This document shows, in pieces, positions 17,799 through 27,947 of a stretch of DNA of 32,000 bases. Each line of letters starts with the position of its first letter. Positions within the stretch are counted from its first letter, which is position 1. Source of the DNA: Zymomonas mobilis subsp. mobilis ATCC 10988 (GTDB lineage Bacteria > Pseudomonadota > Alphaproteobacteria > Sphingomonadales > Sphingomonadaceae); the NCBI RefSeq assembly GCF_000175255.2, contig NC_017262.1:1350001-1382000 (forward strand), in the 5' to 3' direction. The notes beneath the pieces were generated by a model that was not told the DNA's origin, made no database searches, and saw only the letters and a list, made by a program, of their open reading frames with translations. Made by a program: the position numbers and the translations under genes.

Positions 17799-19619
17799 AT
17801 GACGAATGAGGCATCTCTCACTCCTATTCCGTTGCCAGCGGAAAAACTGGCACAATTACAGACAGTTACCAATGGCCTGTCGACCGCACAGATAGCGTGG
17901 ATTTCAGGCTATCTCTGGGGCAGAAGCAGCGGCGCTGATACGACGAATCAATCGCTTCCCACTTCTCCAGCCACAGAACAGCCCGTTGAACCGACCGTCA
18001 TCACGATCTTGTCGGCTTCCCAAACAGGGAATGCGCGCAGGATTGCCGAAGAATTGCGCGATGACCTTCTGGCCGCGCATCTCAAGGTCAATCTGATCAA
18101 TACGGGCGATTACAAATTCAAACAGATTGATCGCGAAAAGATCATTCTGATGGTCACGTCAACCCAAGGCGAAGGCGAACCCCCAGAAGAAGCGGTCGCT
18201 TTTTATAAATTCCTGTTTTCGAAAAAAGCCCCGAAACTGACGCATACCGCTTTTGCCGTTTTCGGATTGGGTGACATCACCTACGAACATTTTGCTCAGG
18301 CTGGTAACGACTTCGATCGTCGTTTTGAGGAATTAGGCGGTGAACGCCTATTGCCTCGCGTCGATGCTGATGTCGATTACGAAGAAGCCGCCGAAGCATG
18401 GCGGAAAGAAGTCACCGAACTTCTCGAAAAACGGGTGCCATCGGCCAATTCTGCCCAGATAGCGGCCACAGCCATTAGTCCGGTAGATGAAGTTTCCAGC
18501 ACGCCTTATGACAAAGAAAGCCCGTTAACGGCCACGCTTTCGGTGAACCAGAAAATCACCGGTCGTCATTCGGATAAAGATGTCCGCCATATCGAAATTG
18601 ATCTGGGGGATTCTGGATTACACTATAAACCGGGCGATGCCTTGGGTGTCTGGTATGAAAATGATCCGGCACTTATCCGCGAATCTCTTGATCTTCTCGG
18701 CTTGTCCGGCGAAGAAAGCATCAAGGTCAATGACAAAATCCTGCCCTTGGCACAGGCCTTACAGCAATCTTTCGAACTGACGGTCAACAATACCCGACTG
18801 GTAGAAAGCTACGCGACCTTGACGCAAAACAAGGCTTTGGAAAAAATCATTTCCGATAAAGCCGCGTTACAGGATTATGCCCAGAATACGCCTATTGTCG
18901 ATATGATTAGACAAGCGGGCGGCAAACTGACGGCAGAACAATTTGTCAGCCTTTTGCGCCCCTTAACGCCGCGCTTATATTCGATCGCCTCATCACAGGC
19001 CGAAGTCGAAAACGAAGTGCATCTGACGGTTGGCGTTGTCCGTTATGAAATCGACGGCCATAAACGAGCAGGCGGTGCCTCCAGCTTCTTGGCTGACCGG
19101 CTTGCTGAAAATGGCAATCTTCGGGTTTTTGTCGAACATAATGACAATTTCCGGCTGCCAGATAATCCCGATGCTCCCGTTATCATGATCGGGCCCGGCA
19201 CGGGGATCGCCCCTTTCCGCGCCTTTATGCAACAACGGGATAATGACGGGGCAAAGGGTAAAAACTGGCTCTTCTTCGGCAATCCTCATTTTATCGAAGA
19301 TTTCCTCTATCAGGTCGAATGGCAGGCTTATGTCAAACAGGGCTTATTGACCCATATTGACCTTGCATGGTCACGCGATCAGGCAAAAAAAGTCTATGTG
19401 CAGGATAAACTCCGCGAGAAAGCAGCCGAAATCTGGAAATGGATCAAAGAGGACGGCGCTTATCTCTATGTCTGCGGTGACGCGACACATATGGCAAAAG
19501 ATGTCGATAAAGCCTTGATTGATATCATCCGCCAAGAAGGTGGCATGGATGAAGAAGCCGCCGACGAATTTTTAACCGAGCTGCGCCTAGAGCGCCGTTA
19601 TCAGCGAGATGTCTACTAA
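17799..19619 (+). CDS. cysJ: Assimilatory sulfite reductase (NADPH) flavoprotein alpha subunit
   Basis: Flavodoxin domain [22 protein letters not shown]...[21 protein letters not shown]...[18 protein letters not shown]; FAD/NADPH domain [23 protein letters not shown]...[18 protein letters not shown]...[19 protein letters not shown]; C-terminal RRYQRDVY. Confidence 0.96.
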   Translation: MTNEASLTPIPLPAEKLAQLQTVTNGLSTAQIAWISGYLWGRSSGADTTNQSLPTSPATEQPVEPTVITILSASQTGNARRIAEELRDDLLAAHLKVNLINTGDYKFKQIDREKIILMVTSTQGEGEPPEEAVAFYKFLFSKKAPKLTHTAFAVFGLGDITYEHFAQAGNDFDRRFEELGGERLLPRVDADVDYEEAAEAWRKEVTELLEKRVPSANSAQIAATAISPVDEVSSTPYDKESPLTATLSVNQKITGRHSDKDVRHIEIDLGDSGLHYKPGDALGVWYENDPALIRESLDLLGLSGEESIKVNDKILPLAQALQQSFELTVNNTRLVESYATLTQNKALEKIISDKAALQDYAQNTPIVDMIRQAGGKLTAEQFVSLLRPLTPRLYSIASSQAEVENEVHLTVGVVRYEIDGHKRAGGASSFLADRLAENGNLRVFVEHNDNFRLPDNPDAPVIMIGPGTGIAPFRAFMQQRDNDGAKGKNWLFFGNPHFIEDFLYQVEWQAYVKQGLLTHIDLAWSRDQAKKVYVQDKLREKAAEIWKWIKEDGAYLYVCGDATHMAKDVDKALIDIIRQEGGMDEEAADEFLTELRLERRYQRDVY

Positions 19620-21331
19620 TGACCCAAAAACATCCCCAGACGCTGGTGGTCGATGCCCCCTTATCCGATGCTGAAAGGCTAAAAAGGGAAAGCAATTTTC
19701 TGCGCGGCACCATTGCCGAAGACCTGAATGATGGCCTGACCGGCGGATTTAACGGCGACAATTCAACCCTGATCCGCTTTCACGGCATGTATCAGCAGGA
19801 TGACCGCGATATCCGCGCCGAACGCGCAGAGGAAAAACTGGAACCGCGCTATGCGATGATGCTGCGCTGCCGTTTGCCGGGGGGCATTATCTCCCCCGAA
19901 CAGTGGTTAAAGATGGACAGCTTTGCCAGCGAAAAAACGCTCTATGGCAGCATCCGCCTAACCAATCGCCAGACATTCCAATTTCATGGTATTTTGAAAA
20001 AAGACCTGAAAACGGTTCATCATCTTTTGCATGACTCCGGTCTGGATTCACTGGCAACGGCCAACGACGTTAACCGGAATGTGCTTTGCACCTCTAATCC
20101 GGTGGAATCGGATCTCCATGCCGAAGCCTATGAATGGGCAAAAAAGATTTCAGAACATTTGCTGCCGCAAACGCATGCTTATGCAGAAATCTGGCTCGAT
20201 CAGGAAAAGCTGGCAACGACAGATCAGGAACCGATCCTGGGCGCGACCTATCTGCCACGGAAATTCAAAACCACCGTCGTTATTCCGCCGCAGAATGATG
20301 TTGATATCTACGCTAATGATCTCAACTTCATCGCTATTTCTGAAAATGACCAATTGGTTGGCTTCAATGTTCTGATTGGCGGCGGCTTGTCGATCACGAT
20401 CGGTGATAAAACCACCCATCCGGGGGTGGCGAAAGACATCGGCTATATCGAGAAAGAGAAAGTCCTCGCCGTTGCAGAAGCGGTGGTGACGACCCAACGC
20501 GATTGGGGCAATCGGAGCAACCGTAAAAATGCCCGCTTGCGTTACACGCTGGAACGGGTCGGCCTTGATGTTTTCAAAGCCGAAGTCGAAAAACGGGCAG
20601 GCGTCACTTTCGAAGCCTCACGCCCCTTCACATTGACGGGGCGTGGTGATCGTTTCGGCTGGGTGAAAGGCATTGATAATCAGTGGCATCTGACGCTGTT
20701 CGTCGAAAATGGTCGCCTATTGGATTATCCTCATCGACCATTGAAAAGCGGCATTGCCGAAATTGCCAAGGTGCATAAAGGCGATTTCCGCCTGACAGCC
20801 AACCAAAATCTGATTGTCGCTGGCGTTTCGGAAGAAGATAAAGATACCATCGAAAAGATCGCCCGCGATCATGGCCTTTTGGAAAATATTTCCGAATTGC
20901 GCAAAAATTCGATGGCCTGCGTTTCTTTCCCGACCTGTCCTTTGGCGATGGCCGAGGCGGAACGTTTCCTGCCGAATTTCTTGACCAAGGTCGAAGCGGT
21001 CATGACGAAATACGATATTGCCGATGAATATATCGTTTTCCGGACAACAGGCTGCCCGAATAATTGTGGCCGCTCGCTTCTGGCTGAAATCGGTTTGGTC
21101 GGAAGAGCAATAGGCCGCTATAATCTTTATATCGGTGGCGATCGGGTCGGCACCCGTATTCCACGCCTCTTCCGCGAAAATATCACCGAAGACGAAATTT
21201 TATCCGAAGTTGATAGCCTGATTGGCCGTTGGGCAAAAGAACGCGATGGCAAAGAAGCCTTTGGCGACTTTGTTGTCCGCGCCGGTATCGTCAAAGCCGT
21301 TACCGATCCTGCTATCGACTTTTATGACTAA
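19619..21331 (+). CDS. cysI: Assimilatory sulfite reductase hemoprotein beta subunit
   Basis: [37 protein letters not shown]...[16 protein letters not shown]...[12 protein letters not shown]...[18 protein letters not shown] and [17 protein letters not shown]. These include the siroheme/4Fe-4S cysteines. Confidence 0.96.
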   Translation: MTQKHPQTLVVDAPLSDAERLKRESNFLRGTIAEDLNDGLTGGFNGDNSTLIRFHGMYQQDDRDIRAERAEEKLEPRYAMMLRCRLPGGIISPEQWLKMDSFASEKTLYGSIRLTNRQTFQFHGILKKDLKTVHHLLHDSGLDSLATANDVNRNVLCTSNPVESDLHAEAYEWAKKISEHLLPQTHAYAEIWLDQEKLATTDQEPILGATYLPRKFKTTVVIPPQNDVDIYANDLNFIAISENDQLVGFNVLIGGGLSITIGDKTTHPGVAKDIGYIEKEKVLAVAEAVVTTQRDWGNRSNRKNARLRYTLERVGLDVFKAEVEKRAGVTFEASRPFTLTGRGDRFGWVKGIDNQWHLTLFVENGRLLDYPHRPLKSGIAEIAKVHKGDFRLTANQNLIVAGVSEEDKDTIEKIARDHGLLENISELRKNSMACVSFPTCPLAMAEAERFLPNFLTKVEAVMTKYDIADEYIVFRTTGCPNNCGRSLLAEIGLVGRAIGRYNLYIGGDRVGTRIPRLFRENITEDEILSEVDSLIGRWAKERDGKEAFGDFVVRAGIVKAVTDPAIDFYD

Positions 21332-21341
21332 GGAGGCGTTC

Positions 21342-22076
21342 ATGTCTGCGTTTCATCTCGAAACTTTAAAATCCTTCCCCAAAGCCGAACAAGAGGCGGC
21401 TTTGTCCGAAGCCAATCGGCAATTGGAAGAGATGAGCGCAGAAGATCGTCTCAAATGGGCTTTTGACAATCTTTCGGGTCAATTTGTGCTGTCATCCAGC
21501 TTCGGCATTCAGGCAGCTGTGATGCTGCATCTGGTGACCCGAAAGAAAGCCGATATTCCAGTTATCCTTACCGATACCGGCTATCTTTTTCCTGAAACCT
21601 ATCGCTTTATTGATGCCCTGACCGAAAAACTCGATTTGAATCTTCAAGTCTTTCGGGCGGCTTTGTCTCCGGCATGGCAAGAAGCTCGCTATGGTAAATT
21701 ATGGGAACAGGGTGTCGAAGGTATCGAACGGTATAACGACATCAACAAAGTCGAACCCATGAACCGCGCTTTAAAAACCTTGGAAGCTGGAACATGGTTT
21801 GCCGGATTACGGCGCGATCAGTCGAAAAGTCGGTCACATCTACCGATTTTGGCAATCCAGCGCGGGGTTTTCAAATTCCTGCCGATCATCGACTGGGATA
21901 ACCGCAAAATCCACTATTATCTGAAAGAGCACGACCTCCCTTATCACCCGCTTTGGGATGAAGGCTATCTCTCTGTCGGCGACACCCATACAACCCGCAA
22001 ATGGGAAGAGGGGATGAGCGAGGAAGAAACCCGCTTTTTCGGTTTAAAAAGGGAATGTGGGCTACATGAAGGATAA
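21342..22076 (+). CDS. cysH: Phosphoadenylyl-sulfate (PAPS) reductase
   Basis: [42 protein letters not shown]...[13 protein letters not shown]...[38 protein letters not shown]...ECGLHEG. The start at 21342 is preceded by AAGGAGG. Confidence 0.94.
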   Translation: MSAFHLETLKSFPKAEQEAALSEANRQLEEMSAEDRLKWAFDNLSGQFVLSSSFGIQAAVMLHLVTRKKADIPVILTDTGYLFPETYRFIDALTEKLDLNLQVFRAALSPAWQEARYGKLWEQGVEGIERYNDINKVEPMNRALKTLEAGTWFAGLRRDQSKSRSHLPILAIQRGVFKFLPIIDWDNRKIHYYLKEHDLPYHPLWDEGYLSVGDTHTTRKWEEGMSEEETRFFGLKRECGLHEG

Positions 22077-22091
22077 GTAAATTGGCCTAAC

Positions 22092-22157
22092 CGCCTTTTA
22101 AAAAATTACCTGAAAAAGACAGCCGGCTTTAAATATTTTAAATGCCGGCCAAAGGCG
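22092..22157 (+). terminator. Nested stem-loop after cysH
   Basis: Outer CGCCTTT...AAAGGCG and inner GCCGGC (22122-22127)...GCCGGC (22144-22149), followed by TTTT. Confidence 0.4.
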
Positions 22158-22346
22158 TTTTACCTAAACTTTAGGGCAGTAAAGAAAAGCTAACTGTCCT
22201 TTCAAAGATAGGGACTGCTAAGTCCTATTCAAAATCAAAGGCTTGCCTCTCTATTTACTTTCAGGCTTCGTTGAATGAACAGGAATAGAGCTGCAATCTG
22301 CGACAAAACTGGATAATAGGTTAGGGGCTCTGTTCCAAAGGTTGTT

Positions 22347-23762
22347 ATGGATTATCTTCCTCTTTTTGCAGATATCAGACAACGTCCGGTTTTAGTCGTT
22401 GGCGGTGGTGAAGTGGCGGCTCGGAAAGTGGCCTTGCTCAAAAAAGCAGGGGCAATCATCAAAATTGTCGCGAAAAATATCCACCCTGAATTACAGATTT
22501 TACAGGAAAGTCACGAAATAGAATGGCTGGCGAAAAGTTTTTCACCGGAACAGCTCGACCACGTCTTTCTAGTGATCGCTGCCACCAATGACAGCCTTTT
22601 AAATCAACAGATTTATCAAGCCGCGGAACAACGCCATCGCTTGGTCAATGTGGTTGATGACCAACAAAAATGCTCTTTTATTTTCCCGTCAATTGTTGAC
22701 CGCGCTCCGATAACTTTGGCGTTATCCTCTGCGGGGACGTCTCCGGTTCTGGTGCGGATGCTCCGTGAAAAGCTGGAAGCCTTATTACCGCAATCTTTGG
22801 GGAAAATGGCCGAAATAGCGGGGAAATGGCGGCCAAGAATCAAAGAAAAATTACCTGCAATCAAAGACCGCCGTCTTTTCTGGGAGAAAGCCTTTAATGG
22901 CCTCTTCGCCCATAAAGTCGCTAGCGGTGATTGGGAAGCCGCTGAAAAAACGCTGGCCGAACAACTGGAAAAAGACAACCCGAAACAAGGCGAAATTATC
23001 CTTGTCGGGGCAGGGCCCGGTGATGCAGGCTTGCTGACATTGCGTGGCTTACAGGCCTTACAACAAGCCGATATTGTGCTCTATGATTATCTGGTTAGTC
23101 CGGCCGTTTTGGAAATGATCCGTCGCGATGCTCAAAAAATCTGTGTCGGGAAACGCGCCGGACATCATTCGGTAGCGCAGGAAGAAACCAACCGCCGCTT
23201 GATTGAATGGGCGCAGCAGGGAAAAAAAGTTGTCCGCCTGAAAGGTGGCGATCCTTTTATTTTCGGGCGCGGCGGGGAAGAGTTACAGGCCGCAAAACAG
23301 GCCGGTATTCCTTTCCAAGTCGTTCCTGGTATCACGGCGGCGTCAGGGGCGGCGGCTTATGCGGGTATTCCGCTTACCCATCGTGATTATTCCCAAAATG
23401 TTGTTTTCATTACTGGCCATTGCCAAAAAGACGGCAACGGACTGGATTGGGCAACTTTGGCGCGCCCCCATCAAACGCTGGTTATCTATATGGGGGTCAT
23501 GAATGCGGGTAAAATCAGCGAAGCCCTGATTAAACATGGCCGGAAAGCCGATACACCGGTGGCGATTATTGCCCATGCAACCCTTCCCAATCAACAAATA
23601 TTAAATGGTCGGCTGGATCAGTTGGAAAGCCTCGCCAAACAGGCCGAAACACCAGCCTTATTAATCATTGGCGAGGTCGGCGGATTACAATCCGATCTTT
23701 CATGGTTTTCTTCAAAAACAGACAAAGAAGACACCAAGTCTTCTCTTATCAATCTGGCTTAA
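22347..23762 (+). CDS. cysG: Siroheme synthase (precorrin-2 dehydrogenase/ferrochelatase plus uroporphyrinogen-III C-methyltransferase)
   Basis: N-terminal [36 protein letters not shown]; C-terminal SUMT domain [38 protein letters not shown]...[18 protein letters not shown]...[24 protein letters not shown]. Confidence 0.96.
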   Translation: MDYLPLFADIRQRPVLVVGGGEVAARKVALLKKAGAIIKIVAKNIHPELQILQESHEIEWLAKSFSPEQLDHVFLVIAATNDSLLNQQIYQAAEQRHRLVNVVDDQQKCSFIFPSIVDRAPITLALSSAGTSPVLVRMLREKLEALLPQSLGKMAEIAGKWRPRIKEKLPAIKDRRLFWEKAFNGLFAHKVASGDWEAAEKTLAEQLEKDNPKQGEIILVGAGPGDAGLLTLRGLQALQQADIVLYDYLVSPAVLEMIRRDAQKICVGKRAGHHSVAQEETNRRLIEWAQQGKKVVRLKGGDPFIFGRGGEELQAAKQAGIPFQVVPGITAASGAAAYAGIPLTHRDYSQNVVFITGHCQKDGNGLDWATLARPHQTLVIYMGVMNAGKISEALIKHGRKADTPVAIIAHATLPNQQILNGRLDQLESLAKQAETPALLIIGEVGGLQSDLSWFSSKTDKEDTKSSLINLA

Positions 23763-23772
23763 AGGATTAGTG

Positions 23773-24681
23773 ATGCAGGAAGAACGGCTCACCCATTTAC
23801 GGCAGTTAGAAGCGGAAAGCATCTATATCATCCGCGAAGTCGCCGCCGAATTCGGCAATCCGGTTATGCTGTATTCCATCGGCAAAGACTCTTCTGTCAT
23901 GCTCCATCTGGCGCGAAAAGCCTTTTTCCCGGGGACATTGCCTTTCCCGCTCTTGCATGTTGATACCGGCTGGAAATTCCGCGAAATGTATGAATTCCGC
24001 GACCGGACAGCCAAAGAATACGATTTCAACTTGCTCGTCTATAAAAATCCCGAAGGGGAGGCCTTAGGCATCAATCCCTTCATTCATGGCAGCGCCAAAC
24101 ATACCGACATCATGAAAACCGAAGGCCTCAAACAAGCCTTGGACAAATACGGCTTTGACGCAGCCTTTGGCGGTGCCAGACGGGATGAAGAAAAATCCAG
24201 AGCCAAGGAAAGAATCTACTCTTTCCGCGATAAATTCCACCGCTGGGACCCCAAAAACCAACGCCCCGAATTATGGCACAATTATAATGGTCAGATTAAC
24301 AAGGGTGAATCCATCCGCGTCTTTCCGCTCTCTAATTGGACGGAACTCGACATCTGGCAGTATATTTATCTCGAAAATATCGACATTGTGCCGCTTTATC
24401 TCGCAGCCAAACGCCCGGTTATCGAACGTGACGGCATGTTAATGATGGTCGATGATGACCGCATTGATCTCAAAGAAGGCGAAAAAGTCGAAGAACGGAT
24501 GGTGCGTTTCCGAACATTAGGATGCTGGCCATTAACGGGAGCCGTGGAATCCCAAGCCCAAACGCTTCCCGAAATCATCGAAGAAATGCTGGTTTCAACC
24601 ACCAGTGAACGCCAAGGCCGTGTTATCGACCGCGACCAGTCAGGGTCAATGGAACTGAAAAAACGTCAGGGTTATTTCTAG
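23773..24681 (+). CDS. cysD: Sulfate adenylyltransferase subunit 2
   Basis: [82 protein letters not shown]. The start at 23773 is preferred over 23668, which overlaps cysG. Confidence 0.97.
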   Translation: MQEERLTHLRQLEAESIYIIREVAAEFGNPVMLYSIGKDSSVMLHLARKAFFPGTLPFPLLHVDTGWKFREMYEFRDRTAKEYDFNLLVYKNPEGEALGINPFIHGSAKHTDIMKTEGLKQALDKYGFDAAFGGARRDEEKSRAKERIYSFRDKFHRWDPKNQRPELWHNYNGQINKGESIRVFPLSNWTELDIWQYIYLENIDIVPLYLAAKRPVIERDGMLMMVDDDRIDLKEGEKVEERMVRFRTLGCWPLTGAVESQAQTLPEIIEEMLVSTTSERQGRVIDRDQSGSMELKKRQGYF

Positions 24682-24691
24682 GATTCAAGCC

Positions 24692-26122
24692 ATGCAGAAT
24701 AATAGTATTGCCAAACAGATTGCCGAAAAGGGCGGGGTTGAAGCCTATCTGAAAGCCCAGCAATATAAAGGGCTGTTACGTTTCTTGACCTGCGGTAGCG
24801 TCGATGACGGCAAAAGCACGCTTATCGGCCGCTTATTACATGACACTCGCCAGATTTACGAAGACCAGTTATCTTCCTTACATAACGACAGTAAACGGCA
24901 TGGGACACAGGGGGAAAAGCTCGACCTTGCCTTGCTGGTCGACGGCTTACAGGCGGAACGTGAACAAGGCATCACCATTGACGTTGCCTATCGCTATTTC
25001 TCGACTGAAAAGCGGAAATTCATCATCGCCGATACCCCCGGCCATGAACAATATACCCGCAATATGGCAACAGGCGCGTCAACCTGCGACCTCGCGGTTT
25101 TATTAATTGATGCTCGTAAAGGCGTGCTGGCACAAACGCGCCGCCACAGCTTTATTGCCACTTTATTGGGCATTAAACATCTGGTGGTTGCGGTCAATAA
25201 AATGGATCTCGTGGAATATAGCGAGGCCACCTTCCGCCAGATCGAAAAAGACTATCTTGAGTTTGCGGGCAAACTTGTCCCTGATCTTGATATCCGCTTT
25301 GTGCCGCTTTCCGCTTTGGAAGGCGATAATATTGTCAATGAAAGCGCGCATATGTCTTGGTATAAAGGCGCGTCGCTCTTGGAAATATTGGAAACGGTCG
25401 AGGTCGCAAGAGCGGCCGAACAACAACCGATGCGTTTTCCGGTGCAATATGTGAACCGGCCTCATCTGGATTTTCGGGGTTATGCCGGAACCGTTGCATC
25501 CGGTATTGTCCGCGTAGGCGAAGGTATCAAGGTTTTACCCTCCGGCGTTGAATCAACCATTGCCCGCATTGTTACCTTTGACGGGGACTTGACCGAGGCC
25601 GTTGCCAGCGAAGCTGTAACCCTCGTTTTGGAAGACGAAATTGATATCAGCCGTGGCGATCTGATCGTCGACAGCCGCGAAACAATGCAAGCGGTTCAAT
25701 CGGCACAATGCAATGTCGTCTGGATGGCTGAAAAGCCTCTCACCGTCGGACAAAGCTACGATATCAAGATTGCGGGCAAAAAAAGCCGCGCGCGCATTAC
25801 CCAAATTCATTATCAATTCGACATCAATAACCTGACCCAACAACCGGCAACAGAATTGCCGTTAAACGGGATTGGTCTTGTTGATCTCTTATTTGACGAA
25901 CCGCTTCTGCTCGATCGCTATCAAGATAATCCGGTAACCGGCGGACTGATCTTTATCGACCGTCTCAGCAATGTTACGGTCGGTGCCGGATTGGTAGAAA
26001 CACTGATCGAAGACCAGACGACAACGCCCAGTGAATACAGCGCTTTTGAACTGGAATTAAACGCCCTTATCCGTCGCCACTTCCCTCATTGGGAAGCCCG
26101 CGACCTCCTCGCTGGACGCTAA
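24692..26122 (+). CDS. cysN: Sulfate adenylyltransferase subunit 1 (GTPase)
   Basis: [32 protein letters not shown]...[63 protein letters not shown]. Confidence 0.97.
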   Translation: MQNNSIAKQIAEKGGVEAYLKAQQYKGLLRFLTCGSVDDGKSTLIGRLLHDTRQIYEDQLSSLHNDSKRHGTQGEKLDLALLVDGLQAEREQGITIDVAYRYFSTEKRKFIIADTPGHEQYTRNMATGASTCDLAVLLIDARKGVLAQTRRHSFIATLLGIKHLVVAVNKMDLVEYSEATFRQIEKDYLEFAGKLVPDLDIRFVPLSALEGDNIVNESAHMSWYKGASLLEILETVEVARAAEQQPMRFPVQYVNRPHLDFRGYAGTVASGIVRVGEGIKVLPSGVESTIARIVTFDGDLTEAVASEAVTLVLEDEIDISRGDLIVDSRETMQAVQSAQCNVVWMAEKPLTVGQSYDIKIAGKKSRARITQIHYQFDINNLTQQPATELPLNGIGLVDLLFDEPLLLDRYQDNPVTGGLIFIDRLSNVTVGAGLVETLIEDQTTTPSEYSAFELELNALIRRHFPHWEARDLLAGR

Positions 26123-26134
26123 GGGGGGGACATT

Positions 26135-26767
26135 ATGACTGAACCGTCCTCCCGTGATAACAAGCCCGTCGATAATGATAATATCGTCTGGCATCATCAT
26201 CCGGTAACGCAAGCCAGTCGCGAGGCATTGCACCATCATAAAGGGCTCGTCTTGTGGTTTACCGGCCTTTCGGGGTCGGGCAAATCAACCGTTGCCGGAG
26301 CCTTGGAGCAAGTGCTTCATAGCCGGAATGTCAGCAGCTATTTACTAGATGGTGACAATATCCGGCATGGCCTGTGCCGCGACCTCGGTTTTTCTGATGC
26401 CGATCGCAAAGAAAATATCCGACGCGTCGGCGAAGTCGCGAAATTGATGGCGGATGCCGGTCTCGTGGTGCTGACTGCTTTTATCTCGCCTCACAAGGCC
26501 GAACGCCAAATGGTGCGGGATATGATGGGCAAAGACCGCTTTATCGAGATTTTTGTCGATACGCCCTTGGCTATTTGCGAAGCGCGCGATCCCAAAGGTC
26601 TTTATAAAAAGGCGCGGGCAGGGGAGCTGAAAAATTTCACCGGTATTGATTCCGTCTATGAAGCGCCGGAACATCCTGAAATTCACCTCAACGGACAAGA
26701 TTCCTTAACAGCGCTTACCGCGCAATTACTGGAAGCCTTGGAACCCTATCTTAAAATCACCTTATAA
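26135..26767 (+). CDS. cysC: Adenylyl-sulfate (APS) kinase
   Basis: [83 protein letters not shown]. Confidence 0.96.
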   Translation: MTEPSSRDNKPVDNDNIVWHHHPVTQASREALHHHKGLVLWFTGLSGSGKSTVAGALEQVLHSRNVSSYLLDGDNIRHGLCRDLGFSDADRKENIRRVGEVAKLMADAGLVVLTAFISPHKAERQMVRDMMGKDRFIEIFVDTPLAICEARDPKGLYKKARAGELKNFTGIDSVYEAPEHPEIHLNGQDSLTALTAQLLEALEPYLKITL

Positions 26768-26773
26768 AATCCC

Positions 26774-26806
26774 AAGCCTTCCCGCCTTAAACGGGAAGGC
26801 TTTTTT
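26774..26806. terminator. Rho-independent terminator between convergent cysC and the aminotransferase gene
   Basis: AAGCCTTCCCG (26774-26784) / CGGGAAGGCTT (26792-26802) is a perfect 11-bp stem followed by a T run. Confidence 0.88.
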
Positions 26807-26810
26807 CCTA

Positions 26811-27926
26811 TTAAGCCCCGAAAATCCGATTAAGCGCCGTGATAATACGGCTAACCTCTTCATCACGCCCCAAAGACAAGCGGATCCAGTCATTCAAAGG
26901 CGGGAAAGGCCGCGCCACAACAATACCCGATTGATAGAATTTCTCTCGTACTTCAGAAAACGGAATCGGCGTTTTAAAAAACACAAAATTGGATTCACTT
27001 TCTGTATGGGTTAGCTTTAACTTATCCAAAGCAGCGGTCAGCCTTACTCTATTTTTCACAGTATAGTCATGGATAAACAACCGCCTTTTTTGATCGGATA
27101 ATGCCGCTCTCGCGGCGGCAACCGTCAAACGACCCAAATCATGGGGATCACCTAAACCCGCTTCCCGCAAGGAAGCCGCCAAGGCCTTCGGTGCCAAAAG
27201 ATAGCCTATCGGCATACCGGCCAAACCATAAATTTTATCCAAAGTCCGAAAAACAGCGACATTGGCACCCTTCTGGGTAAAACTGGCCGCGGTTTGGGCA
27301 AAACGGGCATATTCAAGATAGGCCTCATCGACAATAATCAATGTCTTTTGCGAGGCTCTCGCCAAAAATTCACTAAAATCGGTATGATGATTGACGGTTC
27401 CGCTGGGATTATGGGGATTAACCAGATAGACCGCTTTGGTTTCCGCTGTAATCGCCTTCTCCAAGGCAGGCAGGTCATTCTGCAACGCCTTATTCAAGGC
27501 TATGCCAATACCCTTCAAACCAGCAGGTTTTCCGGCATCGACGAGGGCAGTATAGCCCGGAACAGAATAGACAATATTCCCCTGATCGGGCTTTATTCCG
27601 GCTAAGAACAGACCAAGGCTACCCAACACTTCACCCAAAATAATCTGATCGGGATCAATATTCTCCAGGCTAGCAATCTGGTTGACCAATTTTTGCGCCG
27701 CCGCTGGTTCGCTATAACGCCCAATCTGATCTAGCTCAGCCTCAATCGCCTGCTTCACCAAGGGCGATGGCGGGAAAGGATTCTCGTTCAAATTGGCATA
27801 GACCAAATTCTTCGAGGCCTCTTTACCGGAATTTTTACCCAAGACTTGGGTTGCCATCGGTAAAAAAGCAGTCAGAGCAGAAAGCGAAAGAAATTGCCGT
27901 TTATTGATGCTGGACAAAGGCTTCAT
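26811..27926 (-). CDS. Histidinol-phosphate aminotransferase-like PLP enzyme with a Tat-like N-terminal signal
   Basis: Class I/II aminotransferase motifs: NLNENPFPPSP, YLVNPHNPSGT, LIIVDEAYLEY, VFRTLDKIYGLAGMPIGY (PLP lysine), SNFVFF, DWIRLSLG. N-terminus MKPLSSINKRQFLSLSALTAFLPMATQVLGK resembles a twin-arginine signal with KR instead of RR. Confidence 0.85.
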   Translation of the reverse strand: MKPLSSINKRQFLSLSALTAFLPMATQVLGKNSGKEASKNLVYANLNENPFPPSPLVKQAIEAELDQIGRYSEPAAAQKLVNQIASLENIDPDQIILGEVLGSLGLFLAGIKPDQGNIVYSVPGYTALVDAGKPAGLKGIGIALNKALQNDLPALEKAITAETKAVYLVNPHNPSGTVNHHTDFSEFLARASQKTLIIVDEAYLEYARFAQTAASFTQKGANVAVFRTLDKIYGLAGMPIGYLLAPKALAASLREAGLGDPHDLGRLTVAAARAALSDQKRRLFIHDYTVKNRVRLTAALDKLKLTHTESESNFVFFKTPIPFSEVREKFYQSGIVVARPFPPLNDWIRLSLGRDEEVSRIITALNRIFGA

Positions 27927-27947
27927 CCTGATAAAGCTCTGATAAAA

